From NCBI RefSeq assembly GCF_006345805.1, contig NC_043005.1, positions 91,698,001 to 91,762,000 on the forward strand: a DNA stretch of 64,000 bases, written 5' to 3'. Positions 49,100 to 63,140 of this stretch are shown here, piece by piece. The notes under the pieces were generated by a model. That model was not told where the DNA came from. It saw only the letters and a list, made by a program, of their open reading frames with translations, and did no database searches. A program made the position numbers and the translations under genes. The stretch's first letter is position 1. Each line of letters starts with the position of its first letter. The DNA is from Octopus sinensis (taxonomy: Eukaryota).

Positions 49100-50150
49100 T
49101 GAAATTGAACCCAGTATGTATATATATATTAACAACAGTAACATCGTCCTTTATAAGACTGCTACATTCTGTTGCCATATAAACTTTACTATTACGTACT
49201 GTTACTATATATTTCTCGCCAGAGATTTAAAACTAATATTTATCATTCTCTTTTTACCAAACGGCGAAGTTAACAGGATGTTAACAAGCCAATACCAATT
49301 ATCAAACGGCGACACACACATGATGATTTGTATACACACAGACACACTCTTTTTTGGAACAGTGAATCTAGAAGCAGATAAAGCTATAAATAATGATGTA
49401 TGAAAACTGAATTAAAAAAATAGTTTGAACAGGAAAAGGTCGAAGTATGGAAGTCAAACTCCATCTCCTTAATTTGCGAGGTTAAAAATTTTACTAAATC
49501 AATTAGCTTTTACTTCTTTTCAAATTATAAATGGCTGAATTTTGAATTCGACGCACTTATACTCTTGGAAAAGAAAAGTCTGTTTTCGGAATTAGGATAT
49601 TGAAAATTTCTTTCAAAATATTTCTACTTGAAAAAAAAAAAATGTTTTAGTTACTCCAGAAATAATTTTCTTTTCCACGAGGTATGAGGCGCCTAACCTG
49701 AAACTTCGCCAATTAAGAATGAAATTCTATAGAAAATATCTAAAGAAATGTTATCTAAGGGAAATAACTCATCATCTCTATTACGTCCCTTGTATAAACG
49801 TTGTGCAGTTGAAAGTGTTTGTCATCTGGTTTTAATTCCCTTTAATTCACTTATGTCTGTAAAGCTTTTTAATGCAACCTAAATGTCACAATACCTGTTT
49901 TCACCCCTCTCGAATATAAATTTTGTTCACCTAGTCTAGTTTATGTTTGTACGCACGCACATACAATAACACAAACATCATACTCCAAACAACCAACAAA
50001 TTACACGCCCAATGCTCAACCTCTACGCCTTCCTCTCTTCGCTCTTTCTCACGCGCAAGTACGCGATACTACGCCAAGAAAACTTTCTATGGGAAAGAAG
50101 AAAAGGTATTAATCCTTTATTACAGGTGGCGCAAAGCGTAGAGGTATATT
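49100..50150 (+). promoter_or_regulatory. CpG-retaining, TE-poor island; candidate internal promoter
   Basis: Dense CG dinucleotides (e.g. cacgcgcaagtacgcgatactacgcc, aacggcgaag, ttcgacgcac) in non-repeat sequence, whereas most non-TE DNA in the window is visibly CpG-depleted. Pyrimidine-rich initiator-like stretch at ~50025-50050. Confidence 0.45.
50089..50105 (+). CDS. Candidate alternative first coding exon (MGKKK-), in phase with exon 55851
   Basis: ATG GGA AAG AAG AAA AG|GTATTA is phase 2, and AG+T gives Ser-ELKNE. The donor is only moderate and the Kozak context weak. Confidence 0.25.
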
Positions 50151-52299
50151 TTTAACTACAGAATCAGTCATTGTCAGGAATATCTGCATAGTTCAGCCAA
50201 ATTCCCCACAAATCGCATCGTTACATCTTAGAAAGGGACACGTTGAAAATTGTGGTCTGTGATTCCCTGCACATAAGAAAAAGATGGGATGGTCATGGCA
50301 AGAACGCTTTTGATTATAATCTCATCAAATAGGGCTGATCTGGAACTGCTACAGCTTGTCCACCTCTTGACTGCAGTAGATCTTTCTAAACAAGTCTTTT
50401 AGTCCATTTGAAACAGCTTCATGTATGCCATTATTTTGTTTTTATGTTTGAAAAAGAATGAACATTACTACATCTCACCTCTAATCATTATTAAATTCTG
50501 AGGCCGAGCCTACTTATTTTAAATTCATGATATAACATCCTCTACTCTTGTTTGTTGCCCTTTCTGTGTGTGCGTGTATATAGATAGATAGATAGATAAA
50601 ACTTACTTGGAAAAGGATGCGTGGCGTTCGATCATGTATGCATATATGTACATACTTACATATATATGTCTATATACATGCATCTATGAGTTACCTTTGA
50701 AAAGCTGAGTAGATAAAACAGGGGACAACTGATGAAGGGAATGTTCTTTATGTTGCATTTCTCATTTCTCTGTTTTTTCGATGCTTGAAAAAAAGTTCGT
50801 TTTCTATGTTTTTGTTTTTATGTTCTCGTTTTTCATTTTGTCTCCTTTTTTTTTTTTTGATGTCCTGTACCCATATATGCAGGTATATATACATATATAT
50901 ATGTAGGGATGTACATATATGTATGTATATTTATGCATGTATTTATATATTATTTATATTATATTATATTATATATATATATATATTAATATTAATAGTA
51001 ATGGTAAAACAACAAAAGAATGAAAGAGACCTCGATATTATTTAAATAGAGGAATTTATCTCTAATATACTATGTGACAATTAATCGGTTGCCATAATAA
51101 AACTCTGAGTTTCGGATGTCGGGCCCGGAATCCTGCATCAGTATCTCTTCAGTTATCAAGGCAATCAAAGTATGCTATGAAAATGACTGTTGAACAAAGG
51201 GAAATTACTATGTAATTAACCGTCATTAAGACAAAAGAGCTATTAGAATGACTGTTAAATAAGGGGGAACAAAACCGAAGGGAAGGAAAAAGTAAAGGAG
51301 TAAAAATGCTCATAGCGATTGCATATGTGCGTATGTACATACATACACATGTGTGCATGCACACCCACATACATGTGCCTATATGCATATGCTCACTCGC
51401 ATGAAGCACACATGCACCCCCCACAATGCACCAATAGATGCATGTACATGTATACATATCCACACACACACTCACGTGCGTGTGCGTGCATGCGGGTGTG
51501 TGCCTATACTAGAAAGGATTACTATCTTTAGTGTTGAACTGGCAGAATTGTTAGAGCTTTAGGAAAATGCTTTGCGATATTTGTTTCAATTTTCAGTTCA
51601 AATTCCTCTGTGGTTGACTTTGCTTTTTGTCCTTCTGGGGTTGATAAAATAAGTACTAATCAAGTAGACATAATCGACTTGTCACCCTCCCCGTCAAAAA
51701 ACTTACTGACTTTGGGCCAAAATTTGAAAGAATTCCTTTTTTTATTGCTTTGTTCGGAAGGAGGTGCAATGTTCATAACTTTTTATAGGGCCTCTGAGAC
51801 TACAGATTCTGACAGAGGAAGTTACTTCAAACTAGAGACCCAATTGACCTGAATGCTTGCCATAGAGTAGGCTCCACTAAAGGCATTCAAGGACCAGGTG
51901 GTGATGCTAAAATGGATGACAGATTAAGTCAACAGCTCAATTAGGCCACAGCAAGATTTGATCATAGAATTCAAAGAGCCAAAAGAAATACTGTAAGAAA
52001 TCTCTTTCACTGTAATAATAATTTCACTTGTCTTTTGACTGGTACTTTATCAAACTCAGAAGGACAAAAGGCAAAGTTGACTTTTGAACAGAATTTGAAC
52101 TCAGAACCCGAGAAGCCAGCCTAGATACTGCAAGCAATTTTTCTGATGCTTTAATGACTGCCAATTTGCTGACACTGCTACTTGAAACTGGTCCCTTGCC
52201 TTTGAGAACCACAGTGACATTGATGGTGTTGCATTTGATATAAGGCATGTTGTCTGACCATATTTGGTGTGAGAACCTTTTGCTTTTCAATTGCTTCTT

Positions 52300-52710
52300 T
52301 CTAAGTTATAAACAACATCAAAGCCCAGAGCACACCAATGTGCTAGACATTAAAATCCCTAACGGTGTTTCATGGTGACCACATGTCCCTTCTCACATTG
52401 ACAAAACTGCATCCAATATGCTTGGTTTTCTCGTTAGGGACCAGAAATACTTTAGCTGCTGATCCTATACAAAGTTCATTAGAATATTGTTCTCATATTT
52501 GAATGTGGAAGTATCCAGCTGATAAAACACAAACATGTAGATCACATTTCAAGCATAAATATAATAAAGAAAACGAAATCTATCCATCAGCTGGTTGGAA
52601 GAATTTAACCTTCAACAGGCTGCAACCTCTAGATAGCAACACTGCTGCTTTCTCTTTCGGTCTCTTCTACAATGGATCCTGCTCTTCTGAATTGTACACT
52701 TTAGCAATGG
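52300..52710 (+). mobile_element. Heavily degraded LINE RT C-terminal fragment
   Basis: Pieces ...KTASNMLGFL...LEYCSHI...LFYNGSCSSELY resemble CR1/L2/Jockey-group C-termini. Confidence 0.5.
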
Positions 52711-53434
52711 GCAGGCACACTCATACATATGTGTGCGTGTCTGTGTGTATTATATAAAAAAATGGGGAGGGTTGGTTTATGGGATTACCTTGGGTTTCCT
52801 GTCCATAAAGGGTTTAGCTTTATGGCATATCATCAGATCTGAAAACATATTGGCCCATGACCTCTTAAAAATATGCACGGGAAACCTATAGTCATCCCAT
52901 AAACTGGCCTTCCCTATTTTAAATTGCTCTACAACTTATAGTGTGCTTCTTCTTTTGGATTTTATCATGAAATACATTTTGTAATGGTTAGTACTGGCTT
53001 CAGTCTTTTCAACTTTTTCAACTAAGAGTAAAGCAAAGGTGGATATTAATTAAGAAAAACAATTGAAGAAAAAATCAAATGAAATTTTTTGTAAATATTT
53101 CCATAGTCTTCAAATAGGTAGGAGATTTTCCTTCTTTCTGTCTCTCTCGTTTCCTTTGTGAAAGCTGAAAAAATAGTGTTTATGGGTGCAGAGAAATATT
53201 AGTTTTTGAAGTTTGATGGCTTAAGCAGCAGCAGCAGCTAACGAAGGAGAAGGCGAAGAAGAAGGAGTGGAAGAAGAAAAAGAAAAAGATGGGTGTGCTA
53301 TGACTCAGTAGTAGTGATTGACCTAAAAGCAACCTGTTGTGGTTGTAGCCATAGTGGTAGAAACTGTTCTAAATGAATTCATGGGTAGTGACTGTTCTTA
53401 ATATATCTATTGTTTTTATTATTTGCCTGGATAT

Positions 53435-53757
53435 TATGGCACGTAAAAAGCACTATCCGAACGTGGCTGCTGCCAGCGCCGCCTGACTGGCGTCCGTGTT
53501 GGTGATACGTAAAAAGTACCAATGGATTGTGGCTGTTTGCCAGCCTCCTCTGGCCCCTGTGCCAGTGGCATGTAAAAAGCACCCACTACACTCATGGAGT
53601 GGTTGGTTTTAGGAAGGGCATCCAGCTGTAGAAACACTGCCAGATCAGACTGGAGCCTGGTGCAGCCTCCTGGCTTCCCAGACCCCGGTTGAACCATCCA
53701 ACCCATGCTAGCATGGAAAACGGATGTTAAACGATGATGATGATAATGATGATGATC
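53435..53757 (+). mobile_element. RTE 3' UTR fragment
   Basis: Three diverged units, the conserved UTR end and a (GAT)n tail. Confidence 0.82.
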
Positions 53758-53829
53758 CTTGCTGTAGTGTCATCTGTGGTGGAAGCATTCAAAAGAGGTT
53801 TATATTTTGTGATAAAATATCATTCTTTG

Positions 53830-55500
53830 CTAATGTTTCATTATAGGTTGCATTGTCCCTAAATTTATAGAGGGGGAAATATTCTAAAGTTGAGTTGTCT
53901 ATTACTGGCGCAAATGTTGATGTTTTCACTTAATGGTATTTTTCTGTGCCCCCATATTTTAATCTGGGATCTATGTATGGGTCATCCTCTGGCATAGACT
54001 GTTTTCAGTTTGACCAGTGTATTATTCTCGACACCCTAAGCAAGTTAACATATATATATCAGGTTTTCCGTAGCACATGTAAAGTTGGTTTTCACTGTAA
54101 AATGTTGACCCTGTTTGAAGAAGAACTCCAATCTCTCAATTAGGTTGACGCATATACCACAGTTAGGTCTTCTGCATTTTTTACTGTTGGTGTCAATGTT
54201 GTTGACGAGTGGACTTGGGCTTCTGTTAGAATACTATTCATTGACTTGGGCTGTCTTTTTCTCTTTATAACGGTGTGCGTTTGGAGGATTTGATTCATTC
54301 TATGGTCCCTTTTTAGTAAAGGAATGTCCTGAAGGATGGTGTTGAAAGCCTTATTGTTTAGGGGGTTGTGTGTGGATATTTATGGTAGGGCATTTGGTTG
54401 TAATTCATTCTTTAGTTTGGAAAGTCTGAGCTCGTGGATGTTGAGTTGTAGGGCAGGTTTGAAAGCCTATATCAATTGGTGATGGTAGGTAGTTGCTGCT
54501 GATGAGTGTATCCTTTAGCTCATGTAGTCATGTGTCCCTTGTATCAGGTACTATAGTGCAAATCCTTTTTGCCAGGTTGAAAGGGATATTCATTCTAGTG
54601 TGTCTGAGGTGGTATGAGTTGAATGGTAGATATTGCTTGGAGTTTGTGGGTTTATAGTATGTGTCTGTTTCTATTTTGCTGTTGGATTTCTTAATGAGGA
54701 TGTCAAGGAATGGAAGTTGTTGATGGTTATATTTCATCGTAAATTGAATGTTAATATCAAGTCCATTTAGAAGTGCCTGAAATTCTTTAAGTCTCTCTAT
54801 ATGTTCATGCCAAAGAATGAAGCAGTCATCTAGAAGTCTCTTCCAATTATTTTCTATGTAAAGGAGAATGGATTTCCATATTTTTCTAGTACCTTATGAT
54901 AAAAAGAGTGATTTCTAGGTACCCCGTAACTAGGTTAGCAAAGGAGGGACCATTCTTGTACCCATTGCAGTCCCCAATTTCTGTTGATAGAAGTTGTCAT
55001 TGAATATGAAGAAGTTATTCTCCAAGATGAATTTTAAGCCCTTCTGTCATGAATTCTCTTTTGATGCAGTGTGGGAGTTCATTGGAGTAATTCTCTAGCC
55101 AGAATTGCATTGCCTCTATTCCTAGGTTGTGGGGTATATTAGAATACAGGTTGACTACATCAAAGGTTACTAGTAGGGTTGTTCCTTTTATTGTTTCAGG
55201 GAGGTGGTCGAGCATATTTAGGTTGTCCCTTATGTAACTTTTGATCTGCATGGGAAGTGGGTTTAAAAGGGTCTCTAAAAAGTTGCTGTGGCAGAGAGTT
55301 TCGCATGCGGGGTCTGCTATTATAGGTCTTAATTTGAACTCATTAGGTGGCAGTACCTTGACTATTATGTCTGTAGTTCCCCTGCATGCATTACTTGTTT
55401 TTTTCACTTTTGTGTATCTTAGGAATACCATACAATTGACTGGATTTACTTTTGAAGTTAGTCATATTCCTTGTCAGCCCCTTTCTGTATAGGTTTATCA
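53830..55500 (-). mobile_element. Penelope-like element (RT + GIY-YIG), degraded
   Basis: KLRPIIADPAC; LVTFDVVNLYSNIPH; MGTRMVP; FLDILI...TYYKPTNSKQYL...NIPFNLAKRICTIV; endonuclease relic LTCLGC..YTGQT at ~53990-54050. Confidence 0.9.
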
Positions 55501-55850
55501 GAGTTTATAGACTTCTCATTATTTTCTGCTGACTGTAGGTTTGGGCCTTTTCATAGAATGTTGTGTCTTCTAATATGGATAGCGCTAGAGTTATATAATA
55601 TACTGGGTCCATTAAGACAACTGTACTCCCTTTATCAACCTCCTTGATAGTTATTGTTTTATCATCCTTTATTTTGACTTTATTTTAATGGACTCCTGTA
55701 AAAGTTATTTCTAGTGCCAACCATTTTCTTTTTCAGGAAATAATTTTTTTATGTGTTACTTATCATTTATGATAAAGATGTTCAAAGAAATATATTTTTC
55801 AATTGTTTCCCAAATCTAATTTTTACTTTCGTCTCTGCTCCTTTTTCTAG

Positions 55851-56063
55851 TGAGCTGAAAAATGAAATCCAGGACATTCGCATGAAAGGAATTCTACGAG
55901 ATGGAGACGATTCATCTCGATTGTGTGCCCGTTGTCATTCTCCGCTGGGCGTTATTTTTAACAAGGGTGAAGTATGCCCAAACTGTCGTTTCAAGATGTG
56001 CAAAAACTGCCGTGTTGCTCTCTTCAGTGGTGGCTGGACATGTATTTTCTGCTTCAAAAATAT
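55851..56063 (+). CDS. Second coding exon: FYVE-related Cys8 zinc finger of a synaptotagmin-like protein 4/5-type Rab effector
   Basis: Acceptor ttttctAG at 55849-55850 and donor GTAAGC at 56064; 213 nt, phase 2-2. Translates ELKNEIQDIRMKGILRDGDDSSRLCARCHSPLGVIFNKGEVCPNCRFKMCKNCRVALFSGGWTCIFCFKN(M), with four CxxC pairs and a WxC motif. Resembles the SYTL4/5 LKNE...CARC...WxCxxC region. Orthology within Slp/Slac2/rabphilin needs downstream exons. Confidence 0.92.
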
Positions 56064-57854
56064 GTAAGCATAATTTTATTTTTTTCATTTCCTGATGGTG
56101 ATGGCCCTCTTTCTCAAAGACATGGGGAACTAGACATTTCATTTCAATAATTGTACATTTAATTGAATAACTTGCTTTTCCCTCTACAGACACAAGTGTT
56201 TTTAACCTAGGACTTCTGATTTTAATGTCACTACTGCCCACAGTAGTTTGTTTGTATCAGTATCAATTTAAATTTTTCCAAGTGATTGTAGAGGGAGGGA
56301 GACTGTGAAAGCGTTGGGTGTAATCTCTTGCAGCATCAGTTCTGGCGCTTTGCCATTTGACTGTGACAACAGTTGTGCCAGTTGTATTGGACCTTCTCTT
56401 TCCCTTGGACAATGTCAGTGGCAAAGGAAATAGGAAACTTGCATGCAGGGACAACTGGTTGTCTTCTTCAAAATAATTTCTATTCTTTTTTCTCTTCTCA
56501 TCACTTTTTATCTCAGCTTGCTTTTGGGATGACCATAGAAAATGACAACACAATAAGACTTGTATAAACAGAAAACTGGTAAAAGATGGCAAACAATCAG
56601 TTGACTATAATGTGATATATATGAATAATAAATATTTTATGGGAAGCTTGTATTCATGTGAGTTAAAATGTCACTTGAGAATTAGAACAATAGCTGTTAC
56701 TTATGAATGAGAAGATGCATGCAAAATGGAGTAATGAAAATTTATAAAGTCTGATTTACTTGCCTACGAAGAGGATAATGATTGTTTCTAGTCCAATACA
56801 TTTTATAGGTGGAAGTATTATAGATGGAACTATTTTTTTTATTTGTTAGTTTAAATCTATAAGTGTAGACAAACTGCTTACAATGTACAAATAATATTCA
56901 AACAATTAATTATAAGTCACCTAGGTACAAGGGTAATTTAAGTGCAAAGGAGTTAACTAAAAAGATGAGGGGGAACAAGATGTTCCCTTTCAATAACTTT
57001 TCATTTAATTAAACAACTTGCCTCTCCTTTTGTATAGACACCAGTGTTTTTAACGAAGGCCTTGTGATTTTAATGTCACCACTGCCCAATTGGTCTCTAG
57101 TAACATCAATTTAAATCTTTCCAAGTGGAACATTGATAAATGTGTTTAGTATTGATGCCTTGTATTGATCCTCATATCGATTGGGCCACGAGAAATGTAG
57201 CTTTAATCTTTTGATGTTGAAAACCATTGGAAAAAGGTTTGTACTGTTGATACATTAAAAACAGCCAGAGATGTTTTATTGTTTATTCAGTCTGGCTATT
57301 TGTATTTAATGCTTTGCCAAATAATAGTTACAACCTGCATGAATTGTCCCATCCCTTCTATTGACATACAGAATGAAGAAATATGACAAACTATCTTTTG
57401 ATATCAGCAGAAGAAAAACAAAAAAAATCTAACACTATTAGTAAAGCAATAAGATTAAGATAGATTAACTGAATTGGTCTTCAAACAATACAAGCTGCAA
57501 TTTAGACAATGTACACATTTGTAATTTGTGTGCTTCTGTAATGATTTGGCAGTTGTGAGAATGTTGAATAAAGACAGCCTTGTTGTACTGGTCCTGACTG
57601 TCTGTGCTTCAAGTTCAAATCTTGCTGAGATCAACATTGTCTTTCATTCCTTCTGGGGCTGGTAAAATAAATCCAGAGCAGTGAATGGTGTATTGTTAGA
57701 TTTTTGTTGAGCTGAATGCATTATAGTATCTGTTCTCACTCTCAGTACTCTGACAGCAATGACACTAGTGTCAAGGGGTATAGGCCCTCATTTTGCCATT
57801 TCTGTGGAGAGAAGAGGCTTGTATGCATAGGTAGTTGCTAGTTTTCCTCAAAAT

Positions 57855-58208
57855 GAAAACCTTGCCTGCACATGCCCTGGCTCTCTGTCAGTTATGACGA
57901 TAGCTGTTCCTGTTGACTTGATTAATGGAACAGCCTACTTGTGAAATCAATGGAACAGCCTATTTGTGCAAGTGGCTGAGCACTCCACAGACATGCATAC
58001 CCATAACATAATTCTCAGGGAGATTCAGCATGACAGAATGTGACAAGACTGGCCCTTTGAAATACAGGCATTACTCATTTTTACCAGCTGAGTAGACTGG
58101 AACAATGTGAAATAAAGTGTCTTGCTCAAGGAGACAATGTGCCCGCAGGAATTGAACTCACGACCTCATGATCGTGAACCAAACACCCTAAACACTAAGC
58201 CACACACC
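57855..58208 (-). mobile_element. SINE family E
   Basis: Minus strand tRNA-like head gtggcttagtgtttagggtg...gtgagttcaattcc, then ttgtctccttgagcaagacactttatttcac. Confidence 0.75.
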
Positions 58209-59454
58209 TGCACATACAAGTGTAGATACATAGTTAACCCTAACTGATTTAATGTGCTTCACTTGAGTTTAAACAAGTAGTAGTTCAGTTTAATTTTGCT
58301 AGGCCAAGTGTCAGGACAAATTGATTGTGAAGCTTGCCAAGTTAAAAATAAAGGAATCAAATGCCAGTTTTACTTTGAAAAAGGAATTGTTCTGGAACTG
58401 ATTTTGCTTTTTTAAAGAGCAAGAAAAAAATGGTTTAAAGAGATTTTTAATTGTTCAGTAAAAGGACAAACAGTGGAGAGTAGAAAATCAGAAAATTTCA
58501 AGATTAATAAAAATTAAGTTAAAAATCTGTGCTGAGATGAGATGACCAACTGGATAAACTTATCATCAAAGGATGTTGAGTTTAAATTCCCTGTTTGTAT
58601 TTTGTTGTTTCTAGACACAACACAATATTACCTCAGTTCATTGAGCTTAGGAACACATACGAAATCTGCTGTCTTATTCAAAGAGAGATCTATCTCTTAT
58701 CTCCATGCTATGACATCATATCTAAGGGCTGTTTCTCAAGCTTCTCTTTACTGAAGAGAGCTTGAGAGATATTTAGTTGTTAACCAATCTATAAACAGAA
58801 AAAACAGAAAAAAAACAATGTAATTCATGAAGTGATTTAAGGTAAATATTATATAGTCTACTTTGGCAAAATTTCTATATAATTTACCCACAGTTCAATT
58901 TTTTTCAAAGCTGTGAAATGCTCTTCTTTAACCTACTTCTATAAAATTTAAAATGAATCTTTTAGATAGCTTTTGTTAACCTTTCTATAATGATATTTAT
59001 TATCTGTATATCAGCTGTGTTCACTGGACATTAATTTATTAATAACAGTTTCTGCTCCAGTGCACATTGCAAGTTTTTGTTATATCAGGTGATGACTGGG
59101 TGGTCGATCGGTTTAGTCATTAGTGTGTGTCAGGTGGAATGTCTTGCAATACTTATTCTGGTTCCTTCTGCTCTGAGTTCAAATCTTGCTGAGATAAACT
59201 TGGCTGTTCATTCTTTTGGGGTCAACAAATATAGTACCATCCTGACTGTTCTACTGGATCAAAGGGCAGGAGGTGGTCAAGAAGATATCTAAAGCCATTA
59301 ATGAAAGTAGGATACATGCTGGTGGTAAATTTTCCTTAATTGCTAGTAATGAATGTTACATATATACATACATACACATGCATGCATGGTAATTGTTCCA
59401 TCTTCACAGATGGTAGCCATCTCTGTTTTGCTTCCTTGTGGTATTATTGACTTT

Positions 59455-59689
59455 AAAGGTGGCGAGCTGGCAGAAACGTTAGCACGTCGGGTGAAATGCT
59501 GAGCAGTATTTCGTCTGCTGCTACGTTCTGAGTTCAAATTCTGCCAAGGTCGACTTTGCCTTTCATTCCTTCGGGGTCAATTAAATAAGTACCAGTTATG
59601 CACTGGGGTTGATATAATCGACTTAATCCGTCTGTCTGTCCTTGTTTGCCTCCTCTGTGTTTAGCTCGTTGTGGGTAGTAAAGAAATAG
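59455..59689 (+). mobile_element. Family-C SINE with ~15-bp TSD
   Basis: ggtattattgacttt (59440-59454) versus ggtattactgacttt (59689-59703). Confidence 0.88.
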
Positions 59690-62600
59690 GTATTACTGAC
59701 TTTCTTTGACCTCTCAGATAACCATTCTGTCCCACTGCATAACTGTATGTTTCCAGCTGGATAATCTACACTTGTTGCCACTATTCCGTTATCATAAGAC
59801 TTTCAGTAGACCGAATGACGAATGAGGTCACAGTAAAGAGACCTCTGTACATCATAGGATTATAATGATCAACACTTGTACAACACAAGTACCACTTGCT
59901 GAGTCTCTGTGATTAGTACCTAGTGACAGGCTTGTTACATACATGCAAACATATCATGTATGCATACATACACATACCATGTCATACGTATACCATGTCA
60001 TACATATCGTATCTTATGTCATTGGTCTCAGAGTCTAGACTTACTTGCTTGCAGGGGTCAAATGAGACTAAGTTGGGGCAGTATTTTCTATAGTCAGATG
60101 TCCTTCCTGGTGCTTACCCTTATCTCTTTCCAAACAAGGTAATAGTCCCCCAGTCTAGAAAAAATTAAGCAGCCTGGATATGGTTACCTGGAGAGAAATG
60201 AAAACAATCAATGCTGTTTGAATGGACCTTTTTGTCTACAAAGATTACAAAACATGTCAAGACTTGTGAAGAAGCCAGGATACGCTTTTAGTGGTGGACT
60301 GCAAGAGAACAACACAGCTTTATTAATAATGATGCTTTTGTTTATAAACAGTGGACACAAATGAAAAGAAGCAGTATTACAAACTTGCTTGCACACACAC
60401 ATATGCACGCACACACACATTGGATTGTTCATTTGTTTTACATTGTTTTTTAAAATTCACGTTCTTGTACCTTGAGGGCACACTTGGACACTTGATCCTT
60501 ACCATCTTCACCTCTCTTCCCATCCCCCACTCTAATTACTCTCATACACACTTATTACATGAAATAACCATGTATCTTCTCTACAGCAAGGAATTTGTTC
60601 CTACCCTTCCTTTCATAGTTTAACCTTTCAGCACATAAAGCTCCCTTTCTTTCTATTGTACTCTTGTTTGGTTGGGACAGACCTTTAGTCTTTTAAATTA
60701 CATGGCTTCTCCACTGCTGCTGGCACCACAAAATAGTGCCTAGTACACTCTATAAAGTGTGCTTGTTTGATTTTATGAAGAGCATCCGGTCATAGAAACG
60801 TTGCCAAAAAAATACATGATGCACTTCTCTGGCTCATTAGATCCAGTCAAACCCTCCAACCCATGCCAGCATGGAAGACAGATGTTAAACAGTGATGATA
60901 GTAATAATGATTTTCTATGCTTGCGTGTGTTGTTTGACTATGTTATTATGTTAGGCATTGTCTTACAGACGGATGCTCTTCCTGATGCTAACCTTTACCT
61001 GCTTTTCATGTAAGAGATCTCTTATTCCCCTTGGCTGTGATGGCATGAAGTGACGAGATGATTTGTTGACAGGAGGACTGAAAACTGCAGCACTGCTCAC
61101 CATAACTATAACTGTTACGAAAAGATTACACACTCACACATTCATATTTGTACATACATACATGCATGCGTGACAGTCTTCCAGTTTCTATGAACCACAT
61201 TCACTTACAACACTTTGGTCCATCTGGGGCCATAGCAGAATATTTTTGCCCCCTTTTTACATTTGCTTTTTCCATTCTGGCATGGGTTGGATATTGAATG
61301 GAACTCCTGCAGCTGGACGTTTTTCATGCCATCGGCCATTACTTGCTTTTCATATAAGGTATTTTTTGATCTACTGGTCATTAGACTACTGGGACCACTG
61401 AGTCACAGGACATATTGGAGTTGCTCAGAGATGCAGCCAAGGAACCACAGGTCATATCGAAGATGTTTACAATTGCAGTCAAATGTGACGATACAATGTG
61501 CAGGCACATGCATGCATGCGCACATGCACACGCACACACGTTTCTTGTAGAGTTTCCATCTACCAGATTTTACTCACAAGACATTGGTCAGTGCATGGCT
61601 ATAGTAGGAGAAAGTACTACACACAGTGGAATGGAGTCTGAGATCATGTGATTGGGAAGTGAGTTTTGAAACAACACAGCCATGTTTGTTGTACCTACGC
61701 AGCAACATTTCATTGGCATATGGACTTAAGTAAACCCCTTAAACATTTGCATTCTTGCTCTGTGAATAATTCATTCACTAACAACAAAGAAATTCTATTC
61801 CCTCACTCTCTATTGATTTTCTTCTTCTGCTGCTGCTACATGAATGCAATTTCCTAGTTTTGATTGTGCATGTCTTATAAAAATGGTACCAATAGAATAA
61901 ACAGTGTCTATTTCTTCCTGTCTGTCACAATAGTACTTAATAAGATAAACAGAGAATTGGTAGTAAGGTGTTTGACCAACAACACTTCCCACTTCTGTCC
62001 TAGAACTATTGAAACGACTACATTTCACTCGATTATAATTAATTAGTCAGCTTAATTGCTAATGGTGATTTGTGACCAAGAACTGGTTTTTAACTCGATT
62101 TATTTTATTTTACTTTTTGATGTAATATTCGATCAATAAAGGAGGTACAGGCCCCATAACTATTTCTTATTAAAGTTTTTTTTCTTTGATTCTTATTTGT
62201 GAGGAGGTTATTTTTTAAATATCTAACCTAATGGTATGAAGTTGTCTTATCAACTATATGGTTCTGGGCTCAATCCCTACTGTGTGATACCCTGGACTAT
62301 TATAGCCTCAAGACAAGCAATGTCTTATGAGTGGAACTGGGTGATGGAAAATGAGAAGAAGTTTGTTGTTTGTGTGAGTGTGTATGTAAATGTTATTCCA
62401 CACATCCTCATTAACACTGTCTGGGTAAAAACAGTGTCTTTGTTTACATTTTCCAAATTATTAAATGTCTTATAGTTTCAGCCTTCAATGGTTGAGGACC
62501 AGTAGAATGAAAATATACCTTACATAGAAAACAGTTGAGGGTTGACCCAAGTCTTGTGAGTAAAACTAGAAGTCTGTCAGATGGATTATTCTTGTTACTG

Positions 62601-62794
62601 AACAGTCTGGCCTCGTCACACATTGTGTCACTAATTCTGTCTGAGAATTACTATAAGGGAACATGTATGGAATAAATCAGTAACATAATAAATTACTTTA
62701 ACAAATAAGTAAGTCTGTTGATTGAACTAATTAATGCTCATCATTGTCGCCAACACTGGATCCACCACCATCAATGCTGTAACTGTGGGCCAAT

Positions 62795-63140
62795 GATCAT
62801 CATCGTTTAATGTCCGCTTGGACGATTTTGACTGAGGGCTGGCGAATCAGATGGCTGCACCAGGCTCCAATCTTGATCTGGCAGAGTTTCTACAGCTGGA
62901 TGCCCTTCCTAACGCCAACCACTCCGAGAGTGTAGTGGGTGCTTTATATGTGCCACCAGCATGGGGGCCAGTCAGGTGGTACTGGCAATGACCTCACTCA
63001 AATCTTTTTACACATGCCACCGGCACAGGTGCCAGTAAGGCAACATTGGTGACGATCACGCTCGAATGGTGCCCTTTTATGTGCCACCGGCATGGAAACC
63101 TGTTGGCTGCTCTGGCAATAATCACGCTCGGATGGTGCTC
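62795..63140 (-). mobile_element. RTE 3' UTR fragment with three units
   Basis: catcatcgtttaatgtccgc...ggatgcccttcctaacgcc...gtgccacc.gca units. Confidence 0.8.

Larger units (their letters stand above)
12908..55850 (+). other. ~42.9 kb phase-2 intron of the Slp/SYTL-like gene
   Basis: Starts GTAAGT and ends in a pyrimidine tract ...ctcctttttctAG. Joining gives AA+T = Asn in ...SKI-N-ELKNE. Additional small or alternative exons inside cannot be excluded. Confidence 0.75.
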
